Positions 42,336-51,031 of a stretch of 64,000 bases of DNA are shown piece after piece. The number at the start of each line of letters is the position of its first letter. Positions within the stretch are counted from its first letter, which is position 1. Both the position numbers and the translations under genes were made by a program. Source of the DNA: Desulfobacterales bacterium (GTDB lineage Bacteria; Desulfobacterota; Desulfobacteria; Desulfobacterales; UBA2174); assembly GCA_963668645.2 (NCBI GenBank), contig CAXXWC010000021.1:288001-352000 (forward strand), written 5' to 3'. Under the pieces are notes generated by a model. That model had not been told where the DNA came from. It worked only from the letters and a program-made list of their open reading frames with translations, and did not search any database.

Positions 42336-43087
42336 GGCCTCAACAGGTTGTCGCGGTTGACATGGCGCAGGGCGCGAAACACGTTGCCCCGAATCTTGCG
42401 GTTTTCTCGATAAAGCCCGGCCAACAGGTCACGCACCTGCCGGCGGCTGCTCGTACCAGCGCTCGGGCAAGGATTGACCACCGGGGGAACCCCGATTTCC
42501 CTCGCCAGGCGGCGCACCACAGCGGCAGGCGCGTAGGCCAAGGGCCGAATCAGGATGAACCGGCCGCCGAAAAAGGGCTGGGCCGGCATCATGGTGCTGA
42601 TTTCCCCGGCGTATAGGACGTTCATGAAAAAGGTTTCGATGATATCGTCCTGGTTATGTCCCATGGCCAGCTTTTGGCAGCCTCGGGCCTCGGCGATTTC
42701 AAACAGGATCTGACGTCGTCGACGGGCGCACAGAAAGCATGGATTTTCCCGATTTACGGAACTATGGGCCACCAGCCCGTGGTCCGTGGCGACCGTCTCC
42801 AGAGAAATCCCGATGCGTTGACAAAAATCGGCGACGGCCGCTGCGGGCGAAGGTACGAAACCCGGGTCGATGTATGCCGCCGTCACATCATACGCCACCG
42901 GCGCCCAATGCCGGCGCTCGGCCAGCATATAAAGCAGGGTCAGGCTATCCGCGCCACCGGAAACCGCCACCAGTATCCGGTCTTCGTGCGCGATCATGCC
43001 GTAATCGCCGATGGCCCGGCCGATGGCGGTATTTACCGCTCGGTAGGCCGCGCTGCGGCGTCCCTGCCGGAACTCAGGCTTGGCCAT
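42332..43087 (-). CDS. ttcA: tRNA 2-thiocytidine biosynthesis protein
   Basis: PP-loop SGGADS, PCFLCARRRR, GHNQDD, IRPL, NPCP. Confidence 0.85.
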   Translation of the reverse strand: MAKPEFRQGRRSAAYRAVNTAIGRAIGDYGMIAHEDRILVAVSGGADSLTLLYMLAERRHWAPVAYDVTAAYIDPGFVPSPAAAVADFCQRIGISLETVATDHGLVAHSSVNRENPCFLCARRRRQILFEIAEARGCQKLAMGHNQDDIIETFFMNVLYAGEISTMMPAQPFFGGRFILIRPLAYAPAAVVRRLAREIGVPPVVNPCPSAGTSSRRQVRDLLAGLYRENRKIRGNVFRALRHVNRDNLLRP

Positions 43088-43301
43088 CCGCTGCAGGCTG
43101 GCCCGCTTTGGCCTCGCCGCGCACCACCACCTTGCCGGCAGCGATCTCCCGCAGGGCCACCACGATGTCCTCATTCTTAGGAGCGCTGATCAGATACTCG
43201 GATCCCTCGCGAATCTGACGCACCCGCCTTGCCACCATGTTCACCAGCCGAAAACGGTTGTCCACCCGCTTGAGGCAGTCTTCTACTGTGATACGTGCCA
43301 C
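43074..43301 (-). CDS. rpoZ: RNA polymerase omega subunit
   Basis: MARITVEDCL..VDNRF.LV..., VVALREIAAG. Confidence 0.95.
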   Translation of the reverse strand: MARITVEDCLKRVDNRFRLVNMVARRVRQIREGSEYLISAPKNEDIVVALREIAAGKVVVRGEAKAGQPAADGQA

Positions 43302-43376
43302 GTTCCTTCTCCAGTCTTGCGATTGCTTGTGCCGGCGTTGAAATTTCGTCCCGCGCCAGCCCGATCCGTTCAGACG

Positions 43377-43844
43377 TCAGAGGATCTCCACCACTTCGTA
43401 CTGGCGCTTGCCGCCCGGTGCCATCAGCACCACTTCCTCACCAGGCCGTTTGCCCATCAGGGCTTTGCCCAGGGGCGACGAAATGGAAATCTTTCCCTTA
43501 TCGATGTCCGATTCTTCCGGCCCGACCAACTGGTAGGTCACCATCTCGCCGGTTTCGACATTTTCCAGACTGACGCGGCTGGCAAAGCGTACCCGGTCCT
43601 TAGACAGGTTGTCGGCTTCGATAACCTCGGCGTTGGCCAGCTTGTAGGCCAGATCGCCGATGCGCAGCTCCAAGAAGCCCTGCCGATCCTTAGCCGCATG
43701 ATACTCGGCGTTTTCGGACAGGTCGCCGTGGGCCCGGGCTTCTTCGATGGCCTGAATATTGGCCGGCCGTTCTACTGTCTTGAGTCGGTCCAGCTCTTGC
43801 TTGAGCGCCAGAAACCCCTCGTTGGTCATCGGAATTCGTTCCAC
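43377..43844 (-). CDS. greA: Transcription elongation factor GreA
   Basis: EARAHGDLSENAEYHAAK, ISISSPLGKAL. Confidence 0.96.
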   Translation of the reverse strand: MERIPMTNEGFLALKQELDRLKTVERPANIQAIEEARAHGDLSENAEYHAAKDRQGFLELRIGDLAYKLANAEVIEADNLSKDRVRFASRVSLENVETGEMVTYQLVGPEESDIDKGKISISSPLGKALMGKRPGEEVVLMAPGGKRQYEVVEIL

Positions 43845-43946
43845 TACCGCATCACTCCTTGTCTTTCATCTTCTGCGCATAGAATATTGCCGGCGCGGGT
43901 GCTGCCAGCCTCCCGCGCCGATGATGTAAAACAGGCAAAACAGTTT

Positions 43947-44618
43947 TCAGACGAGCTGGCCTACGATGCTGGTCCCGGCCAGCACTTTGTCCCCCAGCGC
44001 GCAGGCCAAGTGCGCACCGGGCGGCATATAGACGTCCAGACGCGATCCGAAGCAGATCATCCCGAAGCGTTGGCCCCGTTGCAGTTCGTTCCCGGGTGCA
44101 ACGTTGCAGATGATGCGCCGCGCGATGAGTCCGGCGACTTGCACCACCACCACCCGCGTGCCGTTTTCGGTCTCGATGGTCACGGCGTTGCGCTCATTAT
44201 CAGCCGAAGCCTTATCCAGGTTGGCGGACAAAAATTTGCCTGGATGATAGTCCACCTCGGCCACCCGTCCGGCAACCGGTGCCCGGTTGACGTGCACGTT
44301 GAACACCGACATAAAGATACTGACCTGGTTGCAAGGCCCGCCGTAAAGCGGATGGTGTTCCAGGCTGCGTGCGGCCACCACCCGCCCGTCGGCCGGCGAA
44401 ATCACCGCACCTTCCACTGCAGGCACGGCTCGCTCCGGATCGCGGAAAAAATACGCGATAAAAATCGTCACCGCCAGAGCCGCCACCGCCATCACGCGCC
44501 ACTGGACCAGTGCGAAGATCAAGGTAACGAAGGCAGCCGCCCCGATCAACGCATAGCCCGGCCGAGCAATAGAAAAAGCCACCGGACGAGGCGGCTCAGG
44601 CCAAACATACGACTTCAT
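43947..44618 (-). CDS. psd: Phosphatidylserine decarboxylase (short type)
   Basis: FFRDPER, SPADG, IFMSVFNVHVNRAP, FGSR cleavage motif. Confidence 0.93.
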   Translation of the reverse strand: MKSYVWPEPPRPVAFSIARPGYALIGAAAFVTLIFALVQWRVMAVAALAVTIFIAYFFRDPERAVPAVEGAVISPADGRVVAARSLEHHPLYGGPCNQVSIFMSVFNVHVNRAPVAGRVAEVDYHPGKFLSANLDKASADNERNAVTIETENGTRVVVVQVAGLIARRIICNVAPGNELQRGQRFGMICFGSRLDVYMPPGAHLACALGDKVLAGTSIVGQLV

Positions 44619-44643
44619 TTTTCCCTCTCCGCTTAAAATACGA

Positions 44644-45330
44644 TCAAGGCCTAGTAGCAATCTCCGAGCGTCTTGTCAATGCCGCACGCAGGTAGCATGG
44701 CTGCAGCTGCTCGGGCGAGACGGCCTGCTCCATCCGGGTGCGCGCCAGCCGGGCCACCGTGGCGGCCCGCAGCAGATGTTCTTCCGGCGGCCCCCAACCG
44801 GCGCCGGTTCCCAGCACGGCCGATAAGCGCAGCGCATAGGCACGCACACCCGAACCCACCAGGCGGCAAGGCAGTGTAATCCCGGCGGCGGCTTTTTCCG
44901 GCTCCGCCACCGCTTCTTCGGAAAGCGCCTGAAGATCGCCGCCGCACATGTGATAAACGGCGTGGTAGACTTCCCCGCGCCGCGCATCGATGAGCGCCGC
45001 TATCCTGCCCTCTTTGGGCGCGGCTTGCAGGGCCAGCGCTTCGAGGTTGGAGACCGCCACCACCGGCTTGCCGGAAGCCAAGGATAGGGCTTGAACCGTG
45101 GCCAATCCGATGCGCACTCCGGTAAAACTGCCCGGTCCGCGGGTCACGGCAAGCAGGTCGAGGTCGGCGGGCTTGAGCCCTCCGGCGGCCAGCACACCTT
45201 CAATCAAGGACATCAGATGGCGATTGTGGCTATGGCCGGAGGCCACGGTGCGCTCGGCGCGTACCTGCCGTTCATCCACCAGCGCCACACTGCAGCTCAT
45301 CCCGGCCGTATCCAGCGCCAGAATGCGCAT
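44644..45330 (-). CDS. tsaB: t6A biosynthesis protein TsaB
   Basis: ILALDTA, GPGSFTGVRIG, IDARRGEVY, P.YLR. Confidence 0.93.
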   Translation of the reverse strand: MRILALDTAGMSCSVALVDERQVRAERTVASGHSHNRHLMSLIEGVLAAGGLKPADLDLLAVTRGPGSFTGVRIGLATVQALSLASGKPVVAVSNLEALALQAAPKEGRIAALIDARRGEVYHAVYHMCGGDLQALSEEAVAEPEKAAAGITLPCRLVGSGVRAYALRLSAVLGTGAGWGPPEEHLLRAATVARLARTRMEQAVSPEQLQPCYLRAALTRRSEIATRP

Positions 45331-47786
45331 CAACGGGCCTCGGCGGAGGAAGCCTTGGGCTTGGCGCGCTGGCCGCTCCGCGAGCGCTTGGGTGCTGAGC
45401 GCGGGGCCGGCTCGGGAGGCAGCAGGGCGGCCTCCAGGACCGCGTCCATCTGGCGCACGGGAATGAACTTGAGCTTGCGCTTGATGGATGCGGGCAGTTC
45501 TGCCAATTCCTTGCGGTTTTTTTCCGGAATCAGGATGGTGCGAATCCCGGCGCGCAGTGCCCCGAGGGACTTTTCCTTCAGACCGCCTATGGGCAGTACT
45601 CGGCCGCGCAGGGTAATCTCTCCGGTCATGGCCACATCCTTGCGTACCGGGCGGCGGGTCAGCGTGGAAATCAGCGCCGTGGCCATGGCGATGCCTGCCG
45701 AAGGGCCGTCCTTGGGGATAGCCCCGGCCGGCACGTGGATATGTACATCGACATTGTCCAGGGTCGGTTGCTTGAGCCCCATAGCCTTGAGGTTGGCCCG
45801 CGCATAGCTCAAGGCGGCCCTGGCAGACTCCTGCATGATTTCTCCGATCTGGCCGGTGATGATCAGATCGCCCTTGCCGCTGATCAGACTCGCTTCGACG
45901 TAGAGCACCTCGCCGCCGACCTGGGTCCAGGCCAAACCGGTGGAAAGCCCGACCTGGCTCTCTTCCTGGTCCATTTCCGGGTAATATCGCGGAACTCCGA
46001 GAAACCGCTCCAGGTTGCCGCGCGTTACCACTACGGCCTTGCGTTCTCCTTCGGCGCGCCGGCGCGCCACCTTGCGGCAGATGCTGCCCAGCTCGCGCTC
46101 CAGATTGCGCAACCCGGCTTCCATGGTATACTCTTCGATCACCTGATCGACGGCCGCATCGCTGATGGTCAACTGGCGCGGCTTGATTCCGTTTTCCTTT
46201 AACTGGCGCGGCAAGAGATACTGCCGGGCGATCTTGCGTTTTTCTTCCGAGGTATAGCCCGAAATGGAAAGCATCTCCATCCGGTCCAGCAGGGCTGAAG
46301 GGATTGTATCGATCACGTTGGCTGTAAGAATGAACATCACCCGCGACAGATCGAAGGCAAGGTTGAGGTAGTGATCTGAAAAGGCTTGGTTCTGCTCTGG
46401 ATCCAGGGCTTCGAGCAGGGCCGCGGAGGGATCTCCGCGAAAATCGGCCCCCAGCTTATCGATTTCATCCATCATGAAGACCGGGTTGGACACCCCCGCC
46501 TGCTTGATGCCCTGGATGATGCGGCCCGGCAGCGAGCCGATGTAGGTCCTGCGATGGCCCCGGATCTCGGCCTCGTCACGAATACCTCCCAGGCTGACGC
46601 GCACGAAGCGGCGCTTCATGGCCTTGGCGATGGCCTGGCCCAGTGAGGTCTTGCCCACCCCCGGCGGGCCGACGAAGCACAGGATCGGCCCTTTGGTGGC
46701 CGGATTGAGCTTGCGCACGCTCAGGTATTCCAGGATCCGGTCCTTGACCTTGTCCAGGCCGAAATGCTCCTGATCCAGAATTTTTTTGGCGGCCGGGATG
46801 TCGATGACATCCTTGGTGGTATGGCTCCAGGGCAGCTCTACCAGCCAGTCGAGGTAGGTGCGCACCACGCCGGCCTCGGCCGCCTCAGGGTGCATCATTT
46901 CAAGGCGTTTGAGCTGTTTTTCAGCTTCCGCGGCCGCCTCACGGGGCATCTTGGCGCGTTTGATCTGGCGCCGATAGCCCTCGATCTCCTGAACCTTCTC
47001 GTCCGATTCGCCCAATTCGCGGTGGATGGCGCGCACCTGTTCGCGCAGGAAAAAATCGCGCTGGCTCTTACTGATCTCCTCACGCACGTTGGATTGAATC
47101 TTGGCCTGCATCGAGGAGAGGGTCAGTTCGCGTGACAACAGATCATTGACCCGCTGCAGGCGCGCCGCAGGATCGAGCAGTTCGAGCAGGGCCTGGGATT
47201 CATCGATCTTGAGCCGCAGGTTGGTCGCCACCAGATCGGCCAGCTTTCCCGGCTCTTCGATGCCGTCCAGAATCGAAGCGATCTCCGAGGACATCTCCCC
47301 ACGCAAGGTGAGAATCTTGACGGCCTGTTCGCGCACGTTGCGCATCAGGGCCTCAAGTTCCAACGTCATCGGAGGGGCTTCGTTTTCTTTGATCAGCTCG
47401 ATGCGCACCCGAAAAAAACCGCGCTTGCGCAGATAGCGCACCACCTTGGCCTTGGCCACGCCCTGAACCAGGGCCTTGACCCGTCCGTCGGGCATCTTGA
47501 GCATGCGCAGGAGTCGGCCGACGGTGCCCACCGGGTAAATCTCCTCCGGCCCGGGCGATTCGATGTTCGGATCTTTCTGGGTGGCCAGCAGCAGGAATCC
47601 ATCCTTTGCCACGGCGGCTTCCACGGCTCGAATCGACTGGTCCCGGCCCACGAACAGCGGCAAAAGCATGTCGGTAAAAATCACCACATCACGCACCGGC
47701 ATGAGTGGCAAGGTGGTCGGCAGAACCGCCGGATCCCCGTTTTCTTCTATGATGCTGATTAGATCGTCTCGATCAGTTTCGGCCAT
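45330..47786 (-). CDS. lon: Lon protease
   Basis: GPPGVGKTS, GHRRTYIG, PKDGPSAG, TGEITLRG. Confidence 0.97.
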   Translation of the reverse strand: MAETDRDDLISIIEENGDPAVLPTTLPLMPVRDVVIFTDMLLPLFVGRDQSIRAVEAAVAKDGFLLLATQKDPNIESPGPEEIYPVGTVGRLLRMLKMPDGRVKALVQGVAKAKVVRYLRKRGFFRVRIELIKENEAPPMTLELEALMRNVREQAVKILTLRGEMSSEIASILDGIEEPGKLADLVATNLRLKIDESQALLELLDPAARLQRVNDLLSRELTLSSMQAKIQSNVREEISKSQRDFFLREQVRAIHRELGESDEKVQEIEGYRRQIKRAKMPREAAAEAEKQLKRLEMMHPEAAEAGVVRTYLDWLVELPWSHTTKDVIDIPAAKKILDQEHFGLDKVKDRILEYLSVRKLNPATKGPILCFVGPPGVGKTSLGQAIAKAMKRRFVRVSLGGIRDEAEIRGHRRTYIGSLPGRIIQGIKQAGVSNPVFMMDEIDKLGADFRGDPSAALLEALDPEQNQAFSDHYLNLAFDLSRVMFILTANVIDTIPSALLDRMEMLSISGYTSEEKRKIARQYLLPRQLKENGIKPRQLTISDAAVDQVIEEYTMEAGLRNLERELGSICRKVARRRAEGERKAVVVTRGNLERFLGVPRYYPEMDQEESQVGLSTGLAWTQVGGEVLYVEASLISGKGDLIITGQIGEIMQESARAALSYARANLKAMGLKQPTLDNVDVHIHVPAGAIPKDGPSAGIAMATALISTLTRRPVRKDVAMTGEITLRGRVLPIGGLKEKSLGALRAGIRTILIPEKNRKELAELPASIKRKLKFIPVRQMDAVLEAALLPPEPAPRSAPKRSRSGQRAKPKASSAEAR

Positions 47787-48076
47787 GCTGACTCCTGAAA
47801 TCCTTTCCGAATAATTGAAATCTGAAACTTATTATTATAAGCGCCCATATCACTTTGACAACACCAATCTCTCACCAATTTCTCACCATGGGCAGAATCG
47901 TTGCGCGCCGCACGGTTTCATTTTCGACTTTCAAGGTTCACTGCACCACTGTATCAAGGCATCGGCCGGCCCTGGCGAGCCTCGGTGTAAAAGCCGGGAG
48001 CCGGGTTAAATTGCTTGCATTTTGGTTCTCACCGCTTAAACTTGCTTAAGTTCAAATCAAATCGGAGTGGTGCTCC

Positions 48077-48853
48077 ATGCTCGAAACCGGCCTTCTATGT
48101 TTCGTTGCGGTCGGCGGCCTTTGCGTCGGCAGCTTTCTCAACGTCGCCATTTATCGTCTGCCCATGGGCCGATCGGTGGCCGATCCGCCCCGTTCGGTCT
48201 GCCCGGCATGCGGGGAGCCGATCCGGGCCTACGACAATGTGCCGCTGCTGAGCTACCTGTGGCTGCACGCAAGCTGCCGCCAATGCCACGGTCCGATCCA
48301 TTGGCGCTACCCGGTGGTCGAACTGCTCGGCGGCCTGCTGGCCGCCGGATGCTTTTGGCGCTTCGGCCCCACGGCCCAGGCCCTGATCGCTTTCGCACTG
48401 TGTGCGGTTTTGCTGACTGTTGCGATGATCGATATCGATCATCGCATCATTCCCGACCGCATCATCCTCACGGCCGCCCCCCTTTTGTGGGGGGCCAGCG
48501 CCGCCCTGACCGGGGCCGGCTGGCGCGATGGTCTGGCGGGCGTCGCGGCGGGTGCCGGGATTCTGTGGCTGGTCTCGGCCGGTTATCAGCGCTTGTCCGG
48601 GCGAGAAGGCATGGGGTTGGGGGATGTCAAATTAATGGCCCTGATCGGTGTGGTGCTCGGCTGGCCTGGGGCCCTGTTTACCATTTTTGCCGGAGCCTGC
48701 TACGGGGCACTGATCGGCCCCCTGGCGATGATGCGCAGCGGCCGGGGAATGAAAACCGCCATTCCCTTCGGGCCTTTCCTGGCGGCCGGGGCATTGACCT
48801 ATCTCATGGCAGGCCCTGAACTGGTGCAGGGCTATTTTCGACTGGCCCTTTAG
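48077..48853 (+). CDS. pilD: Prepilin peptidase/methyltransferase
   Basis: GSFLNVAIYRLP, CPAC..CRQC, GMGLGDVKL, IPFGPFLA. Confidence 0.93.
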   Translation: MLETGLLCFVAVGGLCVGSFLNVAIYRLPMGRSVADPPRSVCPACGEPIRAYDNVPLLSYLWLHASCRQCHGPIHWRYPVVELLGGLLAAGCFWRFGPTAQALIAFALCAVLLTVAMIDIDHRIIPDRIILTAAPLLWGASAALTGAGWRDGLAGVAAGAGILWLVSAGYQRLSGREGMGLGDVKLMALIGVVLGWPGALFTIFAGACYGALIGPLAMMRSGRGMKTAIPFGPFLAAGALTYLMAGPELVQGYFRLAL

Positions 48854-48900
48854 CAGCTGGTTTCCCATGGAGGGTCTACGCGAGATTGAACCGAACGCCG

Positions 48901-49668
48901 ATGACACTCGAAGCTTCAAAACCAGGCGCCCCCGGCCCCCGGCGCATCGCCGTGATCGCTGACATCCACGCCAACATGGATGCCTTGACTGCAGTTTTGG
49001 CGCATATCCGAACCCAGGATGCGGACCGGATCGTCTGCCTGGGCGACTCTATCGGCTACGGGGCCGAGCCCCTGGCCACGCTGAGGCGGGTGGAAGCCCT
49101 GGGTTGCCCCACCGTGATCGGCAACCACGAACTGGCGTTGCGCTTTCCGCGTCTTATGGCCTGGTTCAACCCTTTGGCCCGTGAGAGCCTCAACATCACT
49201 GCAGATCTCTTGGATGCTGCCGGCCGCAGGTGGATCGAGACCTTACCGTCGGTTGTCAAACACTGGGGGGCGCGCTTCGTCCACGGGCTGCCGCCGGCCT
49301 CACCGATGCGCTACCTCTTCCAGGCGACTTCGACCCAACTCCAACGCAAGATGCAAAACTCGGCCGAGCGCATCTGCTTCGTGGGCCATACCCACCGGCT
49401 GGAAGTAGTCCGTTGCGACCAAGACCGGCTGGAACGGCGCAGGCTGGACCGCACCCCGGTCCGCCTCGATCCGCAGGCCAGGTACATTGTCAACGTGGGA
49501 AGTGTCGGGCAGCCTCGTGACGGTAACCCCGAGGCAAAGTATGTAATCTGGGACCGAGCCTGCGATTTGATCCGTCTTTGCTGCGTGCCCTATCCATACC
49601 AGGCGGCGGCGGACAAGATCCGCCGAGCCGGGATGCCGGAGGCCCACGCCTTGAGGCTGCTGCCGTGA
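48901..49668 (+). CDS. Calcineurin-like metallophosphoesterase
   Basis: DIHAN, LGDSIGYG, GNHE, VHG, GHTH, NVGSVGQPRDG. Confidence 0.9.
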   Translation: MTLEASKPGAPGPRRIAVIADIHANMDALTAVLAHIRTQDADRIVCLGDSIGYGAEPLATLRRVEALGCPTVIGNHELALRFPRLMAWFNPLARESLNITADLLDAAGRRWIETLPSVVKHWGARFVHGLPPASPMRYLFQATSTQLQRKMQNSAERICFVGHTHRLEVVRCDQDRLERRRLDRTPVRLDPQARYIVNVGSVGQPRDGNPEAKYVIWDRACDLIRLCCVPYPYQAAADKIRRAGMPEAHALRLLP

Positions 49669-51023
49669 AGCAAATCGGCCGCTACCCGGTCATAGACGCG
49701 CTGGGCCGCGGCATCATGGCCCGGGTCTTTTTGGTGCGCATCCCGGTGATCGGCCGTCCGGCGGCCGCCAAGTGCCTCATGCCCATCGAGCCCTTGCCTG
49801 CCCTGCTAGGCCCCGGCGTATTGTACGACCGGTTCGTGGATGAAGCCGCGATCCTCGGCGGGCTGCAGCACCCGCATATCTGCGAGATCTTCGATTTCGG
49901 CGATGCACACGGCACGCCTTTTTACCTCATGGCCTATCACGGCCACAATCTGGGCATTGCCATCGGTGAAGGGGTGCGCATCGAAGCGCCCACGCGCACC
50001 ATCCGCATCGACCGCGCCGTGGAGTACATCCTGCAAACCCTGTCGGGATTGGCCCGGCTACACGATGCGGGGCTGGTGCACCGCGACATCAAACCCCAGA
50101 ACCTGCTCATCACCGATGAAGACCGGATCAAGATCGCCGATTTCGGCCTGGCCAAAGGCCGGGCCGAAAGCCGCAGCATGCCGTCCCAGCTCAAGATCGG
50201 TTCTCCGGGATACGCCGCGCCCGAACAACTCGCCGACCCGCAGGGCGTCGATGGGCGGGCGGATCTATACGCCGCCGCAGTCGTCTTCTACCGCTTGGTC
50301 ACCGGCCATCTGCCCGAAGCCACTTTGCACGCCGGCCCCCCCTCCCTGAGCCGCCACGCACCCGGCCTGGACGCAGAATGGGATCGCTTCATGCACCGCG
50401 CCCTGGCCCCTGATCCGGCACAGCGCTTTGCCACGGCCCAACAGATGGGCGCGTCACTCGACGATTTGGCCGGCCGGTATCGCCGGGATCTGGAAATGAC
50501 CTGTGGTTTGCCGGAAGTCGCGCCCCAAAGCGTCTCCAATCCGCCATCCGGGCGCCAGCGGCGCGTTGTGCCCGGCAAGATCCGGGCCCGCGAAGCACAG
50601 GAGGCCTTCGGTCTTGACGCCCTGTGGCGCCCGCGCCGATACTGGCCCATCGATCGTTTGCATATGGAAGGGGACCTGATGCGCGATCCGTGGACCGGCC
50701 GCCTCTGGCAGCAGGCAGGTTCCCCCTACCCGCTGACTTGGCCTGAGGCCCGCGCCTATGTCGACCGGCTCAATCGCCAGGGATTCGGGGGCCGACGCGC
50801 TTGGCGCCTGCCTACGGTGGATGAGTTGGTCACTTTGCTGCGGCCACCCCTGAAGGGGCGGGATTTTTGCATCGAACCGTGCTTCGATCAGACCCAGCGG
50901 CGGCTCTGGAGCGCCGACCGCAAATCCTACCACAGTGCATGGTTTGTCAGTCCGGACCTCGGGTTCGTCGCCTGGCAGCAGACCGTGGCCCGCAACTGGG
51001 TTCGTGCGGTCTGCGAAGGATAA
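49665..51023 (+). CDS. Hanks-type Ser/Thr kinase with C-terminal DUF1566/Lcl-like domain
   Basis: LGRG, AAK, HRDIKPQN, DFG, APE; C-terminal TGRLWQ..W..A..WRLPT..EL..VRAV; GTGA overlap with the phosphoesterase stop. Confidence 0.85.
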   Translation: MKQIGRYPVIDALGRGIMARVFLVRIPVIGRPAAAKCLMPIEPLPALLGPGVLYDRFVDEAAILGGLQHPHICEIFDFGDAHGTPFYLMAYHGHNLGIAIGEGVRIEAPTRTIRIDRAVEYILQTLSGLARLHDAGLVHRDIKPQNLLITDEDRIKIADFGLAKGRAESRSMPSQLKIGSPGYAAPEQLADPQGVDGRADLYAAAVVFYRLVTGHLPEATLHAGPPSLSRHAPGLDAEWDRFMHRALAPDPAQRFATAQQMGASLDDLAGRYRRDLEMTCGLPEVAPQSVSNPPSGRQRRVVPGKIRAREAQEAFGLDALWRPRRYWPIDRLHMEGDLMRDPWTGRLWQQAGSPYPLTWPEARAYVDRLNRQGFGGRRAWRLPTVDELVTLLRPPLKGRDFCIEPCFDQTQRRLWSADRKSYHSAWFVSPDLGFVAWQQTVARNWVRAVCEG

Positions 51024-51031
51024 ACGCCGGC

